Source of the DNA: Candidatus Bathyarchaeota archaeon
Lineage (GTDB): Archaea; Thermoproteota; Bathyarchaeia; Bathyarchaeales; Bathycorpusculaceae
Direction of reading: 5' to 3'
Assembly (NCBI GenBank): GCA_963767735.1
Contig: CAVYES010000005.1
Coordinates: 160,001 to 224,000 of the forward strand
DNA: 64,000 bases
In this document: in pieces, positions 51,879 to 60,040 of the stretch
Layout of the letters: the number at the start of each line of letters is the position of its first letter
Position numbering within the stretch: the first letter of the stretch is position 1
The notes under the pieces: model-generated
Database searches by the model: none
Told to the model about the DNA's origin: nothing
Seen by the model: the letters and a program-made list of their open reading frames with translations, nothing else
Program-made: the position numbers and the translations under genes

Positions 51879-52237
51879 CGGAGAAGGTCGTAAAGTTGAA
51901 AAACACAAGTTATTAGAAAAAACTTCTAACGCCAAAAGTCTGAGCACAGCAGCCAAAGAAACGGCAAGCGAGACCGTAAAACTCAAACATACCGCTGCCA
52001 AGATTGCGCGCACAGGTTTACATAAGTGCATTCATTGCTTTTTCAATTCTGTCCCAAGCGATATCAGTCGATTAAGACATTCTATATCGTTTCTTCACAA
52101 TTTCATCATTTGGGTAAAGTAGAATCATTAAGTGATAAATTGCCTTTTCAACATCGTGAACATACGCATTTGCTTCCTCTGATGACTGGATCATATGTTT
52201 TGAAAAAGGTTTAGTAGGGCAGTCGTGCTCGCTTTAT

Positions 52238-52513
52238 TTACCTTTGAGATTCTTCTATGATAGGTAGCACTTGCGTGAGTTCTCGGAGTTGCTTAAGCAC
52301 AGTTATGCCTTGTTGTGTGACGGCGAAAACTGTGCTCCTTTTTTTAATAGTGCGTTCTTCGACCAGTCCCTGTTTGATAAGGAAGTCCAGATGGCCTCTA
52401 AGCATGCTGCCATTGACGTTAGCTTTGTACATGATGTGTGTCAGCTTTAAGGGACCTAACCGCGCCAACGTGTTGAGGATATCAATGTACGTTTCTAGTT
52501 TTGATCGTCTCAT
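52238..52513 (-). CDS. Winged-helix transcriptional regulator
   Basis: MRRSKLETYIDIL...THIMYKANVN...LIKQGLV...VTQQG. Confidence 0.88.
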   Translation of the reverse strand: MRRSKLETYIDILNTLARLGPLKLTHIMYKANVNGSMLRGHLDFLIKQGLVEERTIKKRSTVFAVTQQGITVLKQLRELTQVLPIIEESQR

Positions 52514-52794
52514 AGGTGTTGCCTCAAGACTCTCCAGTTTCACAGGTGGTCTTTCCACTGTATAAAAAAGTTTATTTTTTTTATAAGCTTTTGCTATTTT
52601 CATTTGCTTAATTCATTGTAAACTGTATTCGGAATCAAGAAATGAGTTTTAAAGCTAAATGATGAAGAGACTTATTGCCGTGCTGTTTCTGTGATTGCGC
52701 AAAGCCTATAACAACGTCTTATATGCGATGCGGGAGAAGTAGGAATCCCTTGCTCCTTTACCTATCAAAAGGGGGCAAGTCTGGAGTTAGAAAT

Positions 52795-53076
52795 ATGACA
52801 AGAAAAAGCACCCAAGAAATCAACTTCTCTTCTGGTCAAGACAGCAAAAGCAAATCTGCTGTTCGCAAAGAAAGGATGCCAATTGTCAGATGCTTGTGCG
52901 GCTCCGAAATTTTGGTGGTGCCCGATTTGAAAGCCATGAACCGTGCTATAAAAAATCATGTTGCCGAACACAAGCAAGCACGTGATGGTTCAGATAGGCT
53001 TGAGTCGTTGACGGAGTTCTTGATAGAGCAGGTTCTTACAGTGGCAAGCGAAATAAATCTGCCGAATGTAAAATAG
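52795..53076 (+). CDS. Small putative zinc-binding protein, paralog 1
   Basis: IVRCLCGSEILVVPDLKAMNRAIKNHVAEH (CxC...HxxxH). Confidence 0.75.
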   Translation: MTRKSTQEINFSSGQDSKSKSAVRKERMPIVRCLCGSEILVVPDLKAMNRAIKNHVAEHKQARDGSDRLESLTEFLIEQVLTVASEINLPNVK

Positions 53077-53092
53077 TCATGAACAATCTACC

Positions 53093-53230
53093 AAGGCTTC
53101 CAAAAATTCACCCCCATAGATGGAAGAAGGCTTTTCGGAAAATAGCTAATCATCAGAGCATATAAAATAATTTAATATAAATTATGGCTTCTCATCCTAT
53201 GGCGCCCAATTCGTGACAGGCCTTCTGCCC
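53093..53230 (+). repeat. Cassette-boundary repeat C
   Basis: Core AAATAGCTAAT-CATCAG-AGCATATAAAA at 53140-53167. Confidence 0.85.
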
Positions 53231-53360
53231 TCACAATATACGCTGAATCACCTTCCGGGCGGTTTAATTTTCGTGATGCACGTATAGTACTATTTTTTAA
53301 ACTAAAGTGACTAATAAGTACAAAGGAACAGTTCGAGAATCAATCTTGAAAGTGATAAAA

Positions 53361-53633
53361 ATGGGCGAAACAAAATCGCAAAAAAAGCAAACTGGACAAT
53401 TAATAATTCGCGGGATCACTCAAGATAACGCTACAAAACTTATCGAGTTTCTCACACAAGGAACATTGCTGTCAGAAGAGAAACTGTTTGAAACGGCTGA
53501 CTTCTGGCCTCAGAACGAAATGGATGACTATACCGATGCCGTGATCGCAGCGATGCTTATAGCAAAAAATACCGCGCACGCTAAAGACCACAAAAAGAGT
53601 CGCAGGCCACAAAATGTAATTCACTATGAGTGA
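53361..53633 (+). CDS. Hypothetical protein
   Basis: ORF with GTGA-type RBS before ATG 53361. Confidence 0.55.
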   Translation: MGETKSQKKQTGQLIIRGITQDNATKLIEFLTQGTLLSEEKLFETADFWPQNEMDDYTDAVIAAMLIAKNTAHAKDHKKSRRPQNVIHYE

Positions 53634-54379
53634 CGGTATTATTTTTTGGACTTAAACTGCCCGACACCCATTCCCTCGCAATGTGCATATCATCGATTTA
53701 TCCCGAAATTTTTTCCGGGAAATTTTTGACGCGCCCGAGCGAGTAAGCCTAGCCTTTGAACGGAAAAACATTTCTGCCTGAGTGGATTTTTGGTACTTTT
53801 TTGGAAGTTTGTCAGACCTTTCTAACGGACGGTGGCTATTCGTCCGTCTGAAGTATCTGTCATTTGCCATTCGAGCGTGTCGCCGGGTTGTAAATTCAAA
53901 AATTCAGCTATTCCTTCAGGCACCGTTGCTCTGGGGATTTCGATTTTGGTCTTGCTATCGATGTTTTTGATTTGAGGCGAGCCTCAAAATTGGTTTAAGC
54001 GGATTAAACAAAGGACCCAAAGCGGAGTCTAATTCGAATCTCTTGAGACGCGATGAATGTGGTGTAAAAGAGTTCAAATGCGGGGACCCGGGCATGTTGC
54101 GATGGACCGAAAACCGCTCATAACGCGGCGCCATAAAAGTTATTAAATTTTCGTCATTTTTTATCATCCTTCAATCCGTATAAAGTGTTTTGGGGACCTC
54201 GGTCGGGTCGTCCGCCGATTCCGGGAAGGGCTCCCAATTTACTTTATATGGATTAAATCATATTAGGCAAACAAGCAAGCACTCTCGTCCAGTTTGACAA
54301 GCAGTTTCGCGCTCAGTAAAGGCATGGATTTGTCGGAAGCTTCACGCCCACGCAGTGTACGCTGTTTCAGGGCACGCGT

Positions 54380-54513
54380 AAGGTCTTTCAAATTCTGAGG
54401 GGTATAGAGGGAGTAAGGCTTGCCGGGTTTTACCTTATCATAAGAACATATAAAAAATATAAAATAATTTTGGCTTGTCTTTCTCTAAGGTGTCCGATTC
54501 GGGAAAAGACCTT
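54380..54513 (+). repeat. Cassette-boundary repeat D
   Basis: Core TTTTACCTTAT-CATAAG-AACATATAAAA at 54428-54455. Confidence 0.88.
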
Positions 54514-54626
54514 TCTTAACTTCGCATCACTGTTTCCGTGATTGTGCCAAGCCTATCACAATTTCTTATATGCTTTGCAGACTAAATAGAACTTTACTAA
54601 TCTGGTAAAGTTAGGAATGTGAGGTC

Positions 54627-54911
54627 ATGACCAAAAAAAGCATTCAAGAAATTAACTTTACTTTTGATCAAGACCGCAAAAGCAAATTCGTTTCTCATAA
54701 GAAAGGCATACGTACTATCAGGTGCGCATGTGGTTTCGAAATTTTGGTGCTGCCCGATTTGAAAGCTATGGACCGAGCTATAGAAAATCATTTAGCCGAG
54801 CACAGGGCAGCAAGTGGTTGCTCAGAAAGTAATTTAGCGCTTGATTGGTTAAGACAGTTCTTGACCGCGCAGCTTTTAAGAGCGGCAAGCGAAATAATCT
54901 GCCAACCGTAA
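54627..54911 (+). CDS. Small putative zinc-binding protein, paralog 2
   Basis: TIRCACGFEILVLPDLKAMDRAIENHLAEH; clearly homologous to 52795-53076. Confidence 0.75.
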   Translation: MTKKSIQEINFTFDQDRKSKFVSHKKGIRTIRCACGFEILVLPDLKAMDRAIENHLAEHRAASGCSESNLALDWLRQFLTAQLLRAASEIICQP

Positions 54912-54931
54912 ATTAGCCTGAACAGTCAACC

Positions 54932-55070
54932 AAGGCATTCCAAAAATTTACCCCTATAGAGGGAAGATGTCTTTCGGGATTTACCTTATCATCAGAACAT
55001 ATAAAATACACTAAATAATTTTTGGGTTGACTTGTCCTATCCCCTCCAACCGGCGACAGTCCTTTGGCCC
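54932..55070 (+). repeat. Cassette-boundary repeat E
   Basis: Core ATTTACCTTAT-CATCAG-AACATATAAAA at 54979-55006. Confidence 0.88.
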
Positions 55071-55248
55071 CAAACAATGTACAGTGATCGGGCAAGTTTG
55101 CGCTCCGGCGATTTTTATGTATCTTGGATGCGCAAGGTTTAAAAAAAGTAAATCGTTTGCTTGATTGGGCAGGTTCAGAGGGAACTGCTGGATGGTTCGC
55201 CATCTTCACGCACTTCCGCAAACTCTAACCTCCCCGCTTGAATTCTTC

Positions 55249-55379
55249 AAGACCTTCCGAAATCTGGGGGTATAGAAGGAAAGGCTTGCACGATTTTACC
55301 TTATCATCAGAACATCTAAAATGAAAGAAATAGTTTTAGGATTGACTTATCCTATCCTGCCCAGATTTTGACATGCCTT
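55249..55379 (+). repeat. Cassette-boundary repeat F
   Basis: Core TTTTACCTTAT-CATCAG-AACATCTAAAA at 55294-55321. Confidence 0.88.
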
Positions 55380-55707
55380 AGGTGTCTATTAGTTGCAGTT
55401 CCGAAATTCTTTTCTGCACCGTCTCGGACAGCTGTTGTCGCAACGGTTCGTCTGGTGTTGTTTTATCTATTTCGTCTATTTTTTGGGCGAGTTCCTCGTC
55501 GCCGATTGTGGTTCTTAGCCACTTTTGGAAGTCGCGGCGTTCGAAGTGGAACCTGATTGATTGTATGTCCAAGTGCTTAAGGTCGCTTAAGAAAGAGCAA
55601 AGAGACGTGGCTGTCTCGCCTGAATAATGGCCATCTGGCGCAAAAAAGTGGAAACCTCGCTCGTAAGGAACTGGGCTAAGTATTTTCTGTGCCTTTTCAA
55701 CGCTCAT
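55378..55707 (-). CDS. DUF5752-like small protein
   Basis: ILSPVPYERGFHF, SIRFHFERRDFQKWLRTTIGDEELA. Confidence 0.8.
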   Translation of the reverse strand: MSVEKAQKILSPVPYERGFHFFAPDGHYSGETATSLCSFLSDLKHLDIQSIRFHFERRDFQKWLRTTIGDEELAQKIDEIDKTTPDEPLRQQLSETVQKRISELQLIDT

Positions 55708-55768
55708 TGACAAGGTAGTAATCTCCAGATGATAATGGAGACAAGATGCTAAAATGGTTTTTGCGCTT

Positions 55769-55904
55769 AAGGTCTCCAAAAACTGGGGGTATAGAGGGAT
55801 AAAGCCTTTCGGGTTTTATCTTATCATCAGAACATATAAAAATCAAATAAATAAATTCAAACTTACAAACTCTATACATGGCAGTTTTCGACAGGCCTTT
55901 GCCC
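55769..55904 (+). repeat. Cassette-boundary repeat G
   Basis: Core TTTTATCTTAT-CATCAG-AACATATAAAA at 55814-55841. Confidence 0.88.
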
Positions 55905-55937
55905 CAATCATGGCATGCAATGAATCAGGGGCAAAGT

Positions 55938-56014
55938 TGGAGCCTTCGGCGGGATTTGGACCCGCGACCATTACCTTACCAAGGTAACGCCCCACCGGGC
56001 TAGGCTACGAAGGC
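55938..56014 (-). tRNA. tRNA-Thr(GGT)
   Basis: GCCTTCG/CGAAGGC acceptor stem, TTACC-TTGGTAA-GGTAA anticodon arm, encoded CCA. Confidence 0.93.
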
Positions 56015-56188
56015 AAACATGTGTTCCCGTGAAAGAACTGTGTCTTGGCAATAAAATGCTTACGGTCAGAACCTGAGGCAAACTGCAACGTTCTCAACTC
56101 TCTTCATTTTCGCTGGTGGGAAAAGCTTCATATTAATTAGTTGGTACAGAGATTATCTCGGCTTGAGCAAAAAAGCTCGTGTAATGTT

Positions 56189-56273
56189 GCAGGGGTCTCC
56201 AAGCCTGGTCAACGGAGTAGGGCTTAGGACCCTATCGCGTAGGCGTTCGTGGGTTCAAATCCCACCCCCTGCA
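56189..56273 (+). tRNA. tRNA-Leu(TAG)
   Basis: GCAGGGG/CCCCTGC stem, TAGGG-CTTAGGA-CCCTA anticodon arm, long variable arm, GTTCAAAT. Confidence 0.95.
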
Positions 56274-56408
56274 CTTTTTTGGTTATTTTCTGCTTGCTTC
56301 TTGCTATTTTCTCGCTTTTTCGCAAAGAAATGGTAAGGAATATTCACTTTGATTGGAGTTCAAACCTCCAGATCATAATAGGGCTCAAATTCTGGAAAGG
56401 TCATTGCC

Positions 56409-57257
56409 TCAAATGAATCGACTAATGACAATAGCTATGACGGCGACTGTTAGAACGAGGTAGAGTTCGCGGATTCTCTTTCTTCCTTCTTGTGAGGTCT
56501 GGCTTGTCAGCAGCCTAAGAGAGAAGTATACGACGCCTAAATCCGAGGTTGCCATCACAGCAATATAGACGTTGCCTAGCCAACCTGCTAAGAAAGGAAG
56601 AAAGCTTAAACCTACAAATGCAGCGAACAGCAAACCAGAAACTCGCAAAGCGAATCTCCGTCCTTTAAGAATGCCTATGCTTCGGGCATGACGTGCCTTG
56701 TCGCCTTCAATGTCCATGGCACCACCGGCAATCTCCTCGCCCAAATCGAACAAAAACGCTAAACTGCCAAAAGTCCAAACAACACCGCTAAACAAACCAC
56801 CTACCACCAGCCCTCCGAAAACAAAAGTGCTGGCCACCGAAAAAGCAACCATCATATTTCCAAGCAGCCCCATTTCCTTAATCCGCCAATTGTAAAGCAG
56901 ACCCACTGTCCATATGACTAAAGCTGCAATGAGCATGGTTAAATTCAAGAATGCAGCTGCCAAAAGCCCCGCAAATGAAAACAAGCATGCAACCACGATT
57001 AGCTCAAAAATAGTGATTCGCCCCGATGGCAACGGCCTGTCAGGGTGGTTGATTTTGTCTACCGCTGAGTCGAAGTAATCATTAGTTATCATGGCTGTTC
57101 CTGCGATAAAGAAGCCTGTTAGAAAGCCCAGAAGTAGCATAGCAAATGTTGGCAAGTAACCGGACGCAATGATTTCGCCAGCTATCACACATATGCCCGC
57201 TGCTAATGGGAGCTCAGGTTTGAGCAAATCAGAAAACGCCTGCACTTTTCCCTTCAT
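56409..57257 (-). CDS. UbiA-family prenyltransferase (DGGGP synthase-like)
   Basis: NDYFDSAVDKINHPDRPLPSG, DIEGD. Confidence 0.88.
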   Translation of the reverse strand: MKGKVQAFSDLLKPELPLAAGICVIAGEIIASGYLPTFAMLLLGFLTGFFIAGTAMITNDYFDSAVDKINHPDRPLPSGRITIFELIVVACLFSFAGLLAAAFLNLTMLIAALVIWTVGLLYNWRIKEMGLLGNMMVAFSVASTFVFGGLVVGGLFSGVVWTFGSLAFLFDLGEEIAGGAMDIEGDKARHARSIGILKGRRFALRVSGLLFAAFVGLSFLPFLAGWLGNVYIAVMATSDLGVVYFSLRLLTSQTSQEGRKRIRELYLVLTVAVIAIVISRFI

Positions 57258-57550
57258 ATTCACGTAATTCAGCCTCAATTTAATTTACCCAAACTTGCTT
57301 TTTCAATTTTCCATTCGACATAGAAAAACTTCAAGTGGCGATTATCAGCCTTCTGATGGGTTTTGAAAAAAGGGGAAATGGTAATCCATTTGCGGCTTAG
57401 ACGATGAAAGCTTTAGTGGCCTTCCATCGCAAATTGGGCATTTAAGCGGAAGGTTCTTTTGCAGATATATTTGTTCAACCATACATGGGAAGCAAAAATA
57501 ATTATTGCATTTTAGGCAATGCACACGTTTTTCTTTTATTAATTAATTTT

Positions 57551-57769
57551 TTACTGAGCGGCTCGTTGGGTCGTCTGGCTGGATGAGCTAGTTTTTAGGG
57601 ATTTATAATCCAAGCTACCAGCGTAAATTCCCAGTCCTATAAGCAGCAAACCAATAATGAGGGCTGCAATACTGTATGGGCTTGATTCGCCTAGGAAAAG
57701 GATGCCGGTTAAAAAGGCGAGAAATATGCCTAAGCCTGAACCTAATAGTATTACTCCCCTGTATTTCAT
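57551..57769 (-). CDS. Small two-TM membrane protein
   Basis: Two hydrophobic helices. Confidence 0.55.
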   Translation of the reverse strand: MKYRGVILLGSGLGIFLAFLTGILFLGESSPYSIAALIIGLLLIGLGIYAGSLDYKSLKTSSSSQTTQRAAQ

Positions 57770-58446
57770 TGCTGTTGACCTGCCTATTCTCGTGGTGGTT
57801 TATCCTGTTTTGGGGCTTTCTTAAAGATTTTGGCTTTTGTTCGCCTTTGAAGCTGGTTTCTAGGCGCGCCGCCCATCGCCAACAGGTTGTTTTCCGCATG
57901 CGTTACGCGGTTTAGTTATCCATTAATTTGTATAACACAAGAATTACTGTTCAGCATAGTTAGTTCTACATTGCACCTAGTTTATAAAAAGCGTTTAAAG
58001 CGATTTAGTTGTAGCTGATTTAATGCCTACAATAAAGTTAACTTGGCGATGCAAAAGAGATCTTTTATCTTGCACTGTTTGCCGAGCTTTAGACGGTTAC
58101 ACTTGGATATTCGACGTTAAAAAAGAGAAGAAAACTTCCAGAGTACTGGTTCACCCGGTTTATGGTACTCTCGGGGGTCTAGATTGGTTACTTTAACAAT
58201 CACTATCACGGTTATGCTCCAGAGAATTGCCTTCAGCTTATTGAAAAACTGGGATTAATAACTGGAGAACAAAAGAGAGCGAAGGCTAAAAACACCGTTA
58301 AGCAATCACAATTAGGATCATTCTTTAGCTAAACTTTCCACTAAACATACAGCATTCAATGAAAGCTTATTCTGCGCTTAATTTACCTCGAGTTTACAAA
58401 GGTTAATATTGCTTTAAAAAATCAAATAGGATGTGGAGAAGTCGTT

Positions 58447-58668
58447 ATGACTGAATTAGAAATTGCAGTAGCTGCAATGCATAGATTATGTAAGAAAGCT
58501 GGTGCTGAAAGAGTGAGTGAAGCAGCAGCAAAGGAACTTGCAAAGGCGCTTGAAGAAATCGGCGTGAAGATTGCTAAAGAAGCACTTGACTTTTCAATGC
58601 ATGCTGGAAGGAAAACCATTAAAGTTGAAGATATTGAGATTGCTGCTAGAAAAGTTATGGGAAAATAG
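58447..58668 (+). CDS. Archaeal histone
   Basis: [31 protein letters not shown]. Confidence 0.95.
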   Translation: MTELEIAVAAMHRLCKKAGAERVSEAAAKELAKALEEIGVKIAKEALDFSMHAGRKTIKVEDIEIAARKVMGK

Positions 58669-59031
58669 TAATAACTTAAACTCGCTTTTCGGACTATTTA
58701 TAAAGAGAACTATACAGCGTGGGCTCTAACAAGTTATAAATACAAAGTACTACCATATCTAGAATCCCGAGGTTAAAGTAGTGGCTAAGAAACCAGTCAA
58801 GAAAGAAGAAAAGAAACCAGCAAAGAAAAAGTAAAACCCTCGGTATGAGCAGATTTACTTCTCTATTTTTTCTTTTTTTCTCATCAAAAAGAGAGCTTTC
58901 TCGCAAAGATTCTCATGGGAATAGAGAAGCCAAAGACACCCTGAAATTTCTCTGGCAATTAACGCTGAAGTATAATAGGCAAAGTTTTATCCGCTCATCA
59001 AGTCTGTTATCACATTAATGGAGGCGAAATT

Positions 59032-59193
59032 ATGGCAAAATGTCCCAAATGTGGAAAAGAAGTAGCTCCTAAAAAAACTTGGAAGATGGCTGGAAGACCT
59101 GACAAAACGGGAAAGAGAACAGAACTTACCATCGGTCTGTGCGAGTGCTGCGGCAAAACCTTTAGAACCACACTCAACAAACAGAAAATCTAA
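59032..59193 (+). CDS. Cren7-like zinc-binding chromatin protein (below ORF-track cutoff)
   Basis: MAKCPKCGKEVAPKKTWKMAGRPDKTGKRTELTIGLCECCGKTFRTTLNKQKI; GGAGG RBS; T-rich terminator. Confidence 0.75.
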   Translation: MAKCPKCGKEVAPKKTWKMAGRPDKTGKRTELTIGLCECCGKTFRTTLNKQKI

Positions 59194-59325
59194 CTTGCTG
59201 AAATATTAAAAATCACCTTTTCTTTTCTTTGTGATTAATCGATTTTACAATATTAGTCAATGCACATCTGGAGTTCAGAAGATTCTAATTGACTCCGCAA
59301 TATATTGGTTAAGAAGCGAGTGAAT

Positions 59326-59612
59326 ATGGTCAAGCTGACATTTTATTGAGGCGTAAACGAGATCGGCGGCAGCAAGATTCTTTTAGAGGATAACGGAACC
59401 AAAATATTTCTTGACTTCGGGCAATCTTTCACTTTTGGCTCAGGGTTTTTTACGAGCTGGCTTCAGCCAAAAGTCCTTAACGGTTTTGGCGATTACTTTG
59501 AGTTCAACCTGTTACCTAAGATAAGCAGCTCGGACTCTAAGGAAATGTTTGATCCCACGAACCTCGCGCCGAGGTTGACCGTGTGTTCCTGTCGCACGGC
59601 CACTTAGCCCAC
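59326..59612 (+). pseudogene. Truncated MBL-fold hydrolase (RNase J-like)
   Basis: MVKLTFY*GVNEIGGSKILLED...FLDFG, later VFLSHGHLAH; contains a stop and a frameshift and is truncated. Confidence 0.75.
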
Positions 59613-60040
59613 TTACAACGCTGCGCTCAAATAATGAAGAGATGCCAAAAAACTCTATAATTTATTTATACTTTTCCGATGCAACTGCGCGCTAGCAAAA
59701 GTCACGGCATCGGTACAGCTGAAGTTCTTCTGAGCTGATGGACCCTTGCCCCGTTCTTGGTTGCCCTTTGGCGTTTGAAGTTTTTTGTAATAACTTCAAT
59801 TTTTCAACTTTTCGGCAATTTCAGATTTAGGTTATTACATGAAGCATTTGCCTTTGCCATCGATTTGGTCGATGGTGCATTCGCTTTCCATCGGTTTGAT
59901 TGATTAGCGAAGCGCAATCGTCAGAATGTGGCTGTATCATTACAATCACATAAGTTTAAGTCTGAAAACGAGAGCCGTTCTGTTAGCGAGCTTGCTTTTG
60001 TATAAACTCGATGAATTTTTGAGAATGGAGGTGAAAATTA

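Larger units (their letters stand above)
49750..55983. mobile_element. Integrated element in tRNA-Thr(GGT) carrying a repeat-delimited gene array
   Basis: 47-bp perfect direct repeat at 49750-49796 and 55937-55983 (tRNA 3' part); integrase abuts the left att. Confidence 0.92.

Noticed and set aside
51669-52214. ORFs 51669-52031, 51730-52122 and 52026-52214
   Set aside because: They overlap the better-supported Cys-rich ORF and show no recognisable features
53640-54379. Short overlapping ORFs in the C-D module
   Set aside because: No recognisable motif or consistent start signals; left unannotated
50643-55904. Reading the seven repeats as a CRISPR array or classical attC sites
   Set aside because: Units are about 130 bp, degenerate, and separated by gene-sized irregular intervals; no cas genes, no GTTRRRY/RYYYAAC ends and no IntI
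50643-55904. Reading the repeats as simple promoters because of TATAAAA
   Set aside because: Adjacent genes lie in both orientations (alba and DUF5752 point toward the preceding repeat), and the Zn-protein cassettes carry their own conserved upstream block
59347-59349. In-frame TGA/TAG codons (MBL-fold gene, integrase) as Sec/Pyl recoding
   Set aside because: They replace expected Gly, Trp or Glu residues in genes with other lesions, consistent with decay
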